Source: an uncultured Lachnospiraceae bacterium (lineage in GTDB: Bacteria; Bacillota; Clostridia; Lachnospirales; Lachnospiraceae). From it: 64,000 bases of DNA. The translations under genes were made by a program, and so were the position numbers. The notes under the pieces were generated by a model. That model had not been told where the DNA came from. It worked only from the letters and a program-made list of their open reading frames with translations, and ran no database searches. The DNA lies in the NCBI GenBank assembly GCA_947630695.1, contig CANRIM010000002.1:1271-65270 (forward strand), in the 5' to 3' direction. This document shows positions 1 through 9,592 of the stretch, in pieces. The stretch's first letter is position 1. The number at the start of each line of letters is the position of its first letter.

Positions 1-294
1 ATCCATATCATAGTACCTGTACTCCGCCAGCCTGCCACCAAAAATCACCTTTTTCTCCGCATCGGCCAACGTCTTGTATCTCTCATAGAGCTTTCCGTTT
101 TTCTCGTCATTGACAGGATAGTAGGACTCATCCCCTAACTTCCACTCACTGCTGTACTCACGGCTGATGACTGTCTTTGGCAGATCGTTACCATCCTCAT
201 CCTTGCCAAACTCGAACCAATTATATTCTATGATTTGCGTCCAGTTCCTGCTTATGTGACAGATAGTCCACAGCAGCGGCGTTTTCCACCGCAT
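1..294 (-). pseudogene. glf: UDP-galactopyranose mutase (Glf) C-terminal fragment, apparently 5'-truncated; runs off the window start
   Basis: Hand translation of the minus strand from 240 to 1 gives TQIIEYNWFEFGKDEDGNDLPKTVISREYSSEWKLGDESYYPVNDEKNGKLYERYKTLADAEKKVIFGGRLAEYRYYDMD. This matches the conserved C-terminal third of Glf (RIIEHKHF...GDEPYYPVND...VIFGGRLAEYKYYDM). There is an in-frame TAG at 295-297, and no FAD-binding N-terminal Glf sequence lies upstream. Confidence 0.6.
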
Positions 295-652
295 CTATAT
301 TACGTTCAAGCCCATCCAAAGATATCTGAATACCCATTCGCGCATAATATAATTTTTTTTCTTTCTGATACTTCCAGTTTTATTCTTTAGGCTTTCGTCA
401 CCGTTCTTTTGTATGGCATTTAGTTCCCTATCTCCAATTCGCTTTGTCCGTAATTTCATTTTTCCCAACCGCTAATACCATATTTATCTAAATGCTTCTT
501 TGCAAACGCAATCCCACTATCTGTTATATAGACATATTTACTGCCTGAGAAATGCATCATTCAATACCTCAATTTTTCATCGTGCTATTGCACAATAGAT
601 TTAAAGTTTTGTTCAAGTCTATCGTCTTTGGCGCTGTCGATGATGATGGCTT

Positions 653-2071
653 TCATTTGCTGCTCCTTATTCTATGAAGTACAGGTTGAATGACAGCAAT
701 AATCGCTTTTCTGTAATGCAGAAAATAAGCTACCAACGTAAGGGTATATGCCGCACAGGCGCCCCATCTCGGCAGGAAGTTTGTATAAAGGATAAAGGCT
801 CCGGTCATTGCCATCTCAATGAGATGATCTTTTGTAAAACGCATCCCAATTTCTTTTTCGACCGCCCGCTCGGACAGTATCGATTTGAGGATGTTCGAAA
901 TGACAGCACAAACAAGAAGCGAGGTAAGATTGTCGAAGATATATGCCGATATCGCAAAGGAGACCGCGGCAAAAACAGCAGAAATAATATTGACGCGGAG
1001 CATATCCTTCTCCTTTCGGTATGCCTTGAGGTAATTGTTGGTAAGCAGGCTAACCTTAGAGGTAAAAATGATGACAGGAAGAAGCAGTCCCAAATAGTTC
1101 AGACTCTGGCTATATTTCGGCAGAAATCTTTCTATAAACAGACACCCGGGATAATAGGCCAATATCACTACGAATAAAAGTGGAGAAATCACATCACGGA
1201 TGCTTTTGTAAATTTCCGGTAACCTGTCCCGCTCCGTTCGCTTCAGCTGCGGAAAAAGCACCACACTGACCGCTGTGATAAACGTAAGAAACAGGTTGGA
1301 CAGGCTGAAGGAAAACGAAACCTTGCCGAAGGTCAGTTCGTCCCAGTGCCAATGCACGATCATTTTCGCGAATCCGTTCAAAAGCATTGCTGACCAGTTA
1401 GCAAACATCAGGATGATGCCAGAGGAAACATTCACCTTCCACTCCCGGAAAGCCTCGCGCAGGGGCAGAGATCTGCCAAAATACATCCCCTTGTTGAAAA
1501 AGCGGGAAAGAACGATGCCGACAACGTCTCCAGATAACTCGGCGATACAGTAAAACTCAAACCGGTTGACGCGCAGGAGCAAGAGCAGCACCGCAATCAG
1601 ACCGTAACTCATCCGTTGTGCGATAGTGAGAATGGCATATTTGCTGATACGGTTAGTAATCTGAAATGTGTAAGAGTTATATGTCACAAGATTTTTTGTG
1701 ACTATGCCTATCGCGACAAACAAAATCGCTGTCCTTGAGATCCCGCCCGTTAACAACGAACCCACGAGGATTGCGATGAAAGCCATTACGCCTGTCGAGC
1801 CCAGCAGGATTTTAAACTGCGAACGTATCCTCGTCTTGTCGAGCTGATCGAAGTCGTATTGGGAGTAACGGAGAACGATACCATCCAGAAGTCCGAAATG
1901 CAACACACCAACGTATCCGACATAAAGTATGTAGGACTGCCAATAGGCATACTGGTATTCATCGATGAATTTGGGAACAAGAAAACTGACGATGAAACTG
2001 ACGATAAGAGATACAATTTGGGCAAATATGGAGGTTAATATTTTTGAAGTAATCGTACGTGTAGAGGTCAT
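653..2071 (-). CDS. Wzx-type oligosaccharide flippase (MOP superfamily polysaccharide biosynthesis protein)
   Basis: 472-aa polytopic membrane ORF with hydrophobic segments along its whole length. Size, topology and its position at the distal end of a glycan locus next to a Wzy-like gene support the call. Confidence 0.7.
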   Translation of the reverse strand: MTSTRTITSKILTSIFAQIVSLIVSFIVSFLVPKFIDEYQYAYWQSYILYVGYVGVLHFGLLDGIVLRYSQYDFDQLDKTRIRSQFKILLGSTGVMAFIAILVGSLLTGGISRTAILFVAIGIVTKNLVTYNSYTFQITNRISKYAILTIAQRMSYGLIAVLLLLLRVNRFEFYCIAELSGDVVGIVLSRFFNKGMYFGRSLPLREAFREWKVNVSSGIILMFANWSAMLLNGFAKMIVHWHWDELTFGKVSFSFSLSNLFLTFITAVSVVLFPQLKRTERDRLPEIYKSIRDVISPLLFVVILAYYPGCLFIERFLPKYSQSLNYLGLLLPVIIFTSKVSLLTNNYLKAYRKEKDMLRVNIISAVFAAVSFAISAYIFDNLTSLLVCAVISNILKSILSERAVEKEIGMRFTKDHLIEMAMTGAFILYTNFLPRWGACAAYTLTLVAYFLHYRKAIIAVIQPVLHRIRSSK

Positions 2072-2101
2072 CGACTTCTCCTGTCTTCATTAAATTTTTT
2101 A

Positions 2102-3214
2102 TCAGTACAGCGGATTGTTTTCAAATACTTGCCGAAATACCGCATTAATATATCTTCCGTCCTGATTTGACATGCCATACATTACACTAAGAAAGAGAAC
2201 TACATACGCTAAAACGGAAATAATCCACATTGCCCGTTTATTTCGAGGATTTGCCGTATATATCTGCCTTGTAAACAATATCCCGCCTATGACCGTCGCA
2301 ACTCTGTTTAATCGTTCATAATCTCCTGCTATGGTTATTTCCAATACTGTAAATAAAGAAATATAGATATAGCTTAATAATAGTATTTGGTTTTCTGACA
2401 ATGCATTCTCTTTTTCTATTATTTCGGAATTTCCATTTACCAACAAATCATTCGATTTGGAAGTTTTTGTCCACATCCATAACATGAGTAAAAAGCATCC
2501 TCTGGTTAAAATCAGTCTCAGTATTCTAAAAATTGTTATATTTTTTTTCACATATAGCCAATAAAGCGGACGATCACTTCCACTTATTGCTTCTACAAGA
2601 CTCCCAAAGCGCGGCAGCTGTGTCAACAGAAATAAAATCAGCACCGGCAAAAGGAAACAAATAAAGTATGTTCTTTTCCTTAAATTTAGAAATAGGACAC
2701 TCAAAACAATAAACAGCGCCGCTGAATAGTGAAACCCGGTTGCCGCTGCTATTCCTATGAAGAAGAACAAAATATTTCTTTTTTTATGTGTCTTGTGAAA
2801 GTCTAAAATAAACCGAATCGAAAAAATGACTATGGCACATGATACAAAAGAACGCACCTGAACTACATCCAAACAAAATGGATATAATAAATACAAAAAC
2901 AAACAGACATTGGGATACGGGGAAAGATCAAAAAAAGTTTTGGCAATCAGAAAAAATCCCAGCAAGCATAAAAAACCACGAAAGAAGGCATAACTAAAGT
3001 CAAATGATCTAAATAATTCTTCCAGTTTTACAAAAATTGGTTCTGAAATATTTCCCCCATATAGATAATTATTTTGATAAGCCACCAAATCAGCATTTTT
3101 CGTGGAAAAAACAAACACAATTGAAGCCCATGTGATTAGAAAAACCGCAATTAATCTGCTGTTCTTTTTCATAAAGGATAAAAATCCGGAAAAAGCCAGA
3201 AATAAATAACTCAT
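2102..3214 (-). CDS. EpsG/Wzy-like polysaccharide polymerase (polytopic membrane protein)
   Basis: 370-aa F/L/Y-rich multi-TM ORF with no soluble domain, located between a GT2 and the Wzx gene. Confidence 0.5.
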   Translation of the reverse strand: MSYLFLAFSGFLSFMKKNSRLIAVFLITWASIVFVFSTKNADLVAYQNNYLYGGNISEPIFVKLEELFRSFDFSYAFFRGFLCLLGFFLIAKTFFDLSPYPNVCLFLYLLYPFCLDVVQVRSFVSCAIVIFSIRFILDFHKTHKKRNILFFFIGIAAATGFHYSAALFIVLSVLFLNLRKRTYFICFLLPVLILFLLTQLPRFGSLVEAISGSDRPLYWLYVKKNITIFRILRLILTRGCFLLMLWMWTKTSKSNDLLVNGNSEIIEKENALSENQILLLSYIYISLFTVLEITIAGDYERLNRVATVIGGILFTRQIYTANPRNKRAMWIISVLAYVVLFLSVMYGMSNQDGRYINAVFRQVFENNPLY

Positions 3215-3253
3215 GAAGCTAAATTATCCTTTCTCCATTTGTATGGACAATTC

Positions 3254-4198
3254 CTAAATCTTTCGTAAAATCAGTTTTGTCACCCAGACACAGTAGAGCG
3301 CTGCGCCTCGTTTTTTTGCCAACGGGCAAAATGCCAGATTCCACCATGCAGAAAAACTTTTATGATAATTCATAACCCATTCCACATATTTTCGGTTTTC
3401 CGGGCTGATATCCTTTTCATGCAGACGAACATATTCCCTTACTTGATCCTGTCTCATATAACGGGAACGGGAAAATACATTAAGAATTGACTTTTTGCGT
3501 ACCAAGGTCGATGCGTCTTTTCCGCAAATATTATCCCCATGCTGTCGGTACAGGATATAAGAGGATGGGTCAAAAACAACGGTTGCTCCGCAGAGAATTG
3601 CCAGTCGGTATACCCAGGCGTCATGAATGCTTCGATACTGCGTCGGTATTTCACTGACCGCTAATTTCACCAGGGGACGATTCATGACCATCGTACAGCC
3701 ATAAGCCAAAGAGGGCCATAGAATATCATAAAAATCGCCGTAGTGTTTGATCTGTTCCTCTTGGATCAAATGCAGCTCAGCATCAACGAAGGTTTTGTTG
3801 GAATAGTACAGCATCGGCTTCGCTTTATCCGAATTCTGTTCTCGCATAAGCCTGACCGCCGCTGACAGCTTGTCCTGTTTCCACACATCATCCTGATCCG
3901 CGAAAGCAAAATAATTTATGTCCGTATGTTTGTCACATACTTCTTTAAGCAATGTCAAAAAGCTATCGCGGATTCCCAGGTTGATAATGTTGTCCCTGTT
4001 CCAGAAAAACACATTATTATTTTTGCCGGCATAGCCGCTTATAATTTCAGCCGTACTGTCAGTTGATCCATCATCTCGGATAAAGAGTTCCACATCAACA
4101 TTTTTTTGCCCCAGTATGCTGTCAATCTGTTCTCTTATATACTTTTCGCCATTATAGGCTGACATTATTACGGCAACCTTAATCAAGTTCTCACTCAT
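3254..4198 (-). CDS. Glycosyltransferase family 2 (GT-A fold)
   Basis: N-terminal VIMSAYNGEKYIREQIDSILGQ, then FIRDDGSTD and ADQDD (DxD-type) motifs typical of GT2. Confidence 0.8.
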   Translation of the reverse strand: MSENLIKVAVIMSAYNGEKYIREQIDSILGQKNVDVELFIRDDGSTDSTAEIISGYAGKNNNVFFWNRDNIINLGIRDSFLTLLKEVCDKHTDINYFAFADQDDVWKQDKLSAAVRLMREQNSDKAKPMLYYSNKTFVDAELHLIQEEQIKHYGDFYDILWPSLAYGCTMVMNRPLVKLAVSEIPTQYRSIHDAWVYRLAILCGATVVFDPSSYILYRQHGDNICGKDASTLVRKKSILNVFSRSRYMRQDQVREYVRLHEKDISPENRKYVEWVMNYHKSFSAWWNLAFCPLAKKRGAALYCVWVTKLILRKI

Positions 4199-5268
4199 AA
4201 TGATTTTTCCAAAATCAAGACGGTTTTTTCTGTTCCGCTATTTATATCTATTACAGCTCTCCATCCCAGTTCCATCAGCCGCTCTGCCTCCAGCGCCGAG
4301 TTATCCATCGGATTAAAGCTCTGTTTTTCCTTATCGCTCGCGGCTTCGATTACAAGCTCAACATTTCCCGCCCTCGCGATCGCTTCCGCCATTTGACGAA
4401 CAGTCACAACCGAATCCGGATTTGAGATGTTATACGCCTTTGCCGGTTCACCTTTCATAAGCACCTTTATTATCGCGGAGGCACAGTCGAGGCAGTGACA
4501 ATAACTCCTGCGCTGGGTGCCCGCGCTTTTCATAACAAGCTTTTCACCTCGCGCGGCACCATAAGCAAACGCCGATGAGATTCTGTCATCATTCGGCGAA
4601 GCAGTCGGACCATAAATATGTCCGGGGCGGACAATCACCGATTCAACGCCGTATTCTGCATAATAGCTTGCGCAAAGTGTTTCTGCTGCGCGCTTGCCTA
4701 CGGAATATGAATTGCGAGGGTTCAGCAAATCAATGTACCCATAGTCTTCCTCTTTGTACGGTTTGTCGTCGCTTTTCTGACCGTAGACTTCACTGCTTGA
4801 AATGTAAAGCAAACGCTTTGTTCCATTCTCCCTGGCATAATTCAGGAGACAACTAAGACCATTGAAGTTGCTTAGCATTGTTTCAACTGGTTCCGCAATA
4901 ATCGCTTTGGGAGATGCATTGCTCGCACCGTGGATGATGTAATCGGCCTTGACGTCGATTTTATTTCCATCCTTTGACGCATCATATCTGACAAAACTGA
5001 AATAGTCGCGGTCGTAATACTCTCCGAAGCGGTCGGACATTTCCTCCGGCCATCTTCCGGCAGCAATAATATTAATGGGAACACTATGCGTCTCATTATA
5101 ACGAATAAATATATCTGTCACCGCCGAGCAGATCAGTCCCGCCGCGCCTGTTATAAGTACCGACCTTCCGGAAAGCTCGGAAAGTTCGGGAATGGATTGC
5201 GAGATTCTGTCTATATCTTCAAACCAAAATGAGCTGTTATAAATCATATTTATCATTCCTTCAGCCAA
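4195..5268 (-). CDS. NAD(P)-dependent extended SDR (epimerase/dehydratase family); candidate reductase partner of the adjacent cytidylyltransferase
   Basis: GxxGxxG Rossmann motif (ITGAAGLICSA) and YxxxK (YSVGKRAAE). The ORF overlaps both neighbours, which suggests translational coupling. Confidence 0.7.
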   Translation of the reverse strand: MAEGMINMIYNSSFWFEDIDRISQSIPELSELSGRSVLITGAAGLICSAVTDIFIRYNETHSVPINIIAAGRWPEEMSDRFGEYYDRDYFSFVRYDASKDGNKIDVKADYIIHGASNASPKAIIAEPVETMLSNFNGLSCLLNYARENGTKRLLYISSSEVYGQKSDDKPYKEEDYGYIDLLNPRNSYSVGKRAAETLCASYYAEYGVESVIVRPGHIYGPTASPNDDRISSAFAYGAARGEKLVMKSAGTQRRSYCHCLDCASAIIKVLMKGEPAKAYNISNPDSVVTVRQMAEAIARAGNVELVIEAASDKEKQSFNPMDNSALEAERLMELGWRAVIDINSGTEKTVLILEKSL

Positions 5269-5969
5269 TCTGAGCGCTGCGCCTTCAGCAGCGCCTTGAA
5301 TATGTCTATATCTTCCACTGTGGTGAGTTTGATATTCTTCTCCGATCCCGCCGAAAAATAAACCTGCTCACCCATTTCAATCATCAGTGTGCAGGATGCA
5401 ACTGAATTGGTGATCCCTTTTTCGAGTGCGCGCCTATGTAAACCGCAAATCTTCCCGAGCCGGAACGCCTGGGGAGTCTGGGTACGTTTTAATCTGTCGC
5501 GGGGATAGCTTCCGGCTGAAATAACCCCGTCCTCGGTCTGCATCATCGCCTCGGCACATGGGATAACCGTTATTGCGTTGCCGTATTTCTGTGCAACGCG
5601 GATATTGTCCGAAATTATCTCAGCCGAAACCATCGGACGTATTGCATCATGGATCAAAACAATATCGTCCGGTGAAAAGTGCTTCTCAAGCTTGAAAACA
5701 CCGTTCCGAATAGAGGCCTGTCCGCTGTTGCCGCCGGGGATTACATATTTTAGCTTAGTTATGTTAAATTGTTTTGCGTATGCCCAGAGAACCTGTTCCC
5801 AGCCTGCGATGCAAACGACGGCAATTGTGTCGATTTCCGGGTGATTCTGAAACGCCTCAAGAGTGTAGATGATAACCGGCCGCTCATTCACGGTTAGAAA
5901 CTGTTTGGGAATGTCCTGGTGCATTCGGTTGCCGGACCCGCCGGCGATAAGCATTGCAATATTAGCCAT
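5253..5969 (-). CDS. IspD/TarI-family cytidylyltransferase (candidate ribitol-5-phosphate cytidylyltransferase)
   Basis: 238 aa with the N-terminal AMLIAGGSGNRM nucleotide-binding signature of the IspD/TarI family. It sits next to two LicD genes. Confidence 0.7.
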   Translation of the reverse strand: MANIAMLIAGGSGNRMHQDIPKQFLTVNERPVIIYTLEAFQNHPEIDTIAVVCIAGWEQVLWAYAKQFNITKLKYVIPGGNSGQASIRNGVFKLEKHFSPDDIVLIHDAIRPMVSAEIISDNIRVAQKYGNAITVIPCAEAMMQTEDGVISAGSYPRDRLKRTQTPQAFRLGKICGLHRRALEKGITNSVASCTLMIEMGEQVYFSAGSEKNIKLTTVEDIDIFKALLKAQRSDWLKE

Positions 5970-5980
5970 ATTACAACTCC

Positions 5981-6904
5981 TTAATCAATTTTCATCTCGA
6001 CTATAAAGTGACTTTCTCTTTTGCTTTCTTCCGGCGGTGTCATATAATCCTCGCCGTAGAGATTCCTTAAATAAGCTTTACTGTCCGCAGGAGCAAAGAA
6101 AATGTGTTCGTTAAATTTGATCTTCGAAAGTGGAAAGAAGACTTCTTTAGGGCATGTTTCACCAATATAATGCTTTCTTCCAAAAGCAAGGGTAACGAAA
6201 TTTGTTTCATGCTTACTTCGTACTGTTTTATCCAAAATATCAAACCACTTCTGCGGTTTCATAAATGAAAAGACGGTTCCGATCACTACACGCATTCTGA
6301 GATAAAGCTTGCCTCTCGGCGCATTTTTTATAAGGCTTTTGTAGTCGCTGTATTTTTTGTCCATAACGCATGAGGAAGTAAGCATTAGGGCGTTGATGTA
6401 AGCTCCCTTGATTTTTCTGATTAACCGATTGTTTGGAACATAATCACACGGAAAAATATCCATTTTTACGCAATCAAGTTGGTATGGATTTGATTTACCT
6501 GCAGTTTTTGATGCGGCTCCCTTTTTTATGACAGTCCCTTTTTTGAAAATCATCATAAACCTGTAACCGTTGGGATATGGGGAATTTGGGCAGCGCAACT
6601 CATAATCATCAGAAAACTCGTCGTCAAATATTTCTTTGAGCTTTTCATAATCTTCACGCGATGTTCCCAAATCCATGTCGTCGTCCCACGGAATAAATCC
6701 GCCATGCCTGACTGCACCAAGCAAACTCCCTCCGACCAAAAACAACTTTATTCCGTGCTTGCGGCATCGCTCATCCAAGTCAACCGCCATGTTGTAAAGG
6801 CAGATTTGGAATTTTTTAAGTTCCGCATCTGATATATGGCGTATTGATGTATTACTTTTAGCCGCGTCAAATGCAATAGATTTTATGTTAAACGATTCTT
6901 TCAT
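5981..6904 (-). CDS. LicD-family phosphotransferase
   Basis: LFLVGGSLLGAVRHGGFIPWDDDMDL motif characteristic of the LicD family. Confidence 0.8.
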   Translation of the reverse strand: MKESFNIKSIAFDAAKSNTSIRHISDAELKKFQICLYNMAVDLDERCRKHGIKLFLVGGSLLGAVRHGGFIPWDDDMDLGTSREDYEKLKEIFDDEFSDDYELRCPNSPYPNGYRFMMIFKKGTVIKKGAASKTAGKSNPYQLDCVKMDIFPCDYVPNNRLIRKIKGAYINALMLTSSCVMDKKYSDYKSLIKNAPRGKLYLRMRVVIGTVFSFMKPQKWFDILDKTVRSKHETNFVTLAFGRKHYIGETCPKEVFFPLSKIKFNEHIFFAPADSKAYLRNLYGEDYMTPPEESKRESHFIVEMKID

Positions 6905-7001
6905 TAAATCCTCCAGATTCAGGATACTTACAATTTGTCCTTCGTTGTACCACCGTAATATGAGAATAATACGATACTGACCATTTCCTTCTGCATTAAT
7001 A

Positions 7002-7793
7002 CTATCGTTTAACCGGCGTCAAATTATAATCAACCGGCGTCATATAATCGCCGTATACTTGTTGTAAATAATCACCACAATTGCTGAATATTCGCGCCTG
7101 GATATCTTCAAAGGGAACGATTTTCCCTTTTCCAACCCAGCTTTTGGGAAAAACATCGTTGTATTTATAGGAACCAAAACCGATCAGACACCATGTGCTG
7201 GAAGCAAAATCACTTTTTTCGGCCTCCTCAATCCACTTTTTTGCTGTTGTTTCCATACTGAACAGCCGATCGGTATGCAAAAGCCTTGCCGTTCTGATTA
7301 CTGCGAGTTGAAGCCTGCTTCTGCCCGGATGTTCCACGACCATGCTTATTCCAGCAAATTTGTGAAGATATGTATAGAATAATATTTTAGTCATCCGTAT
7401 TTTTCTCAGGAAACCGTTCGCCGGCGCACCGTCAATCGGGAACAGATCAATGAACGGATATGATATTTCTCCAAAGCCAGCCGGATTGAATTGGGAAAAA
7501 TCAATCTGCTGACTTTTATCGACAAAATGATGTATGCAGGCATTTTCACGGTACACTACCGCATACCTTTCCTCCAACACCTGAGGAACAAGTTCAATGA
7601 ACCTCTCGTAATCCTTTCTGGGAAAGGCAATGTCCATGTCTTCGTCCCATGCTATAAACCCTTGTTCCCGAACAGCGCCCAAAGCACTACCGCCAACCAG
7701 ATAATATTTCAGATTGTTGGAGTCGCAAAGGTCGATAATCACCTTCAGCATTGACAATAGTATTTTGTGATACTCTGTTAAACTTATCTTCAT
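7002..7793 (-). CDS. LicD-family phosphotransferase (second copy)
   Basis: YYLVGGSALGAVREQGFIAWDEDMDIAFP motif. It is a paralogue of the neighbouring LicD gene. Confidence 0.8.
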   Translation of the reverse strand: MKISLTEYHKILLSMLKVIIDLCDSNNLKYYLVGGSALGAVREQGFIAWDEDMDIAFPRKDYERFIELVPQVLEERYAVVYRENACIHHFVDKSQQIDFSQFNPAGFGEISYPFIDLFPIDGAPANGFLRKIRMTKILFYTYLHKFAGISMVVEHPGRSRLQLAVIRTARLLHTDRLFSMETTAKKWIEEAEKSDFASSTWCLIGFGSYKYNDVFPKSWVGKGKIVPFEDIQARIFSNCGDYLQQVYGDYMTPVDYNLTPVKR

Positions 7794-8165
7794 ACTTTAT
7801 CCTTTCACTTTGCACAGTATTTTTTCTGATTTTAATTATTTTTCATTTTATGTATTAAGGAAAACATATCATTCGATAAGATAATTTATACAAACCTAAA
7901 CGATTTAGTATCGCATATATTAAGCCAAAGGCGTGTTCATCGAAGAATTGCCCTATGAAAAACCGTGATAGTCGAGCAAATAATTCAAACCGTTCAAAGA
8001 ATCGGCCACACATCGTTATTTATCAACAATGACTTCGTCCTGAAGTCGGGTTGTATACGATTATTTTAGACTCTCTCCATTCCTCATCATCTTAACCTCT
8101 GCCGGACTCTTTTCCGATTTTGGCACAATAAATAGCTTTTTATAGACCTGTTTTGTCTAAATTTC

Positions 8166-9575
8166 TTAATCCATTTCTCCAAATTTTTTCTTATACTTTC
8201 TCTTAGCATAAACCGCCATTCCCGTTCCCAGAATGACCCAACCCGCTGCAATCGCCCATTCCTGTGGAGCAAGGGTACATCCGGAGCCAGGGATCAGGTA
8301 GAGAAAAACCATGATTGCTGCCATTACCGTTGCAATCAGACCGACTGCCATATATTTTTTTACTTTGTATGGACGCTCTAATTGCGGCTCCTTTTTTCTT
8401 AATATTAAAAAAGCGGCAGCCACCATGCAGTATGCTATGCAGCAGGCAAAACTCGCGGTGTCGGAAATCCATATAAGTGCCGATCTTCCCAAGAACAACG
8501 AAGCTATTGATAGTGCGCCAACAAGCACAAGTGCATTGGTAGGAGTTTTATGCTTTTTGTTCAATTTTGCAAATACTGTGGGAATCATGTGCGCCTCTGC
8601 CATTGAGAACAGCGCTCTGCTGCCGCCTATCATAAAGGAGTTCCAGCTCGTCAAAATGCCACATATTCCTCCGATAATGAGTATTTTCGCCATAACTTCG
8701 CTTGAAAACGCTTTTGCCATTGCTTCAGCAGTCACTAAACCGTTTGACCCAACAGAAGTGCTTATATCCTTCTCAGTCATCACATATCCGACCGAAAAAA
8801 CCACAAGCCCATAAAACAGGACTGCCAGCACTATTGACAGAAGCATTAACCTTCCTACTTTTTTTAGCGGGATTTTAATTTCTTCAGCAACTTGTGGAAT
8901 AACGTCAAAGCCGAACAGAAAGAACGGAGCTATAACTGCAATTGACAACACATTCTTTATCGAAGCAACTACTCCATCTCCAAGAAATATATGCCCATCA
9001 AGATTGCTCGGAGTTCCCCTGACAGCCGACGCTGCAACAAGGGATATGCCAACTGCTGCTATAATTATAGTTAAAACAGTTTGAAAAACCGCGGCGGCTT
9101 TTATTCCCCTTATATTTACATAGGTTATTAATACTGCGAATACTATACCTGCAAAGAGCCACGTCGCATATACGTCAAAGCCTGCAATGGTATAAAGATA
9201 CCCCTTCATAAATCCCGGAAAAATATACTGTATGACTGTAGGCAAAGAACATGCTTCAAAGCAGACGACACCTATGTAGCTCAATATCAAAAACCACGTG
9301 CATATAAACGACCCTACCGGTCCGAAGGCTCTTAAGCTGAAAACTCTTTCTCCGCCGACCTGAGGAAGCGCCGTGGTCAGTTCCGCATATGTAAGACCCA
9401 CAAAATATATCATTATTCCGCCGATGACAAAACCGAGTACTGTTCCGCCTACGCCGGCTCTTGACAGCCAGCTTCCGGTTGACACTACCCAGCCCCAGCC
9501 TATCATCGCGCCGAAAGCGGTCACTAAAACATCAAGAGTATTCAACACCCTGTTAAACTTCGTTTTCTCACTCAT
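8166..9575 (-). CDS. APC-superfamily amino acid (or amine) permease
   Basis: 469-aa ORF with about 12 TM segments and G-rich helices (GAMIGWGWVVSTG...). Its architecture is typical of the APC family. Confidence 0.7.
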   Translation of the reverse strand: MSEKTKFNRVLNTLDVLVTAFGAMIGWGWVVSTGSWLSRAGVGGTVLGFVIGGIMIYFVGLTYAELTTALPQVGGERVFSLRAFGPVGSFICTWFLILSYIGVVCFEACSLPTVIQYIFPGFMKGYLYTIAGFDVYATWLFAGIVFAVLITYVNIRGIKAAAVFQTVLTIIIAAVGISLVAASAVRGTPSNLDGHIFLGDGVVASIKNVLSIAVIAPFFLFGFDVIPQVAEEIKIPLKKVGRLMLLSIVLAVLFYGLVVFSVGYVMTEKDISTSVGSNGLVTAEAMAKAFSSEVMAKILIIGGICGILTSWNSFMIGGSRALFSMAEAHMIPTVFAKLNKKHKTPTNALVLVGALSIASLFLGRSALIWISDTASFACCIAYCMVAAAFLILRKKEPQLERPYKVKKYMAVGLIATVMAAIMVFLYLIPGSGCTLAPQEWAIAAGWVILGTGMAVYAKRKYKKKFGEMD

Positions 9576-9592
9576 TAACTATCCTCCAAATA

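Noticed and set aside
8087-8272. 61-aa minus-strand ORF overlapping the 3' end of the permease gene, plus the hairpin GACTTC-GTCCT-GAAGTC at about 8030-8047
   Set aside because: The ORF is basic and low-complexity and overlaps the permease in another frame. The hairpin is short (6 bp) and has no U-tract on either strand, so I did not call it a terminator.
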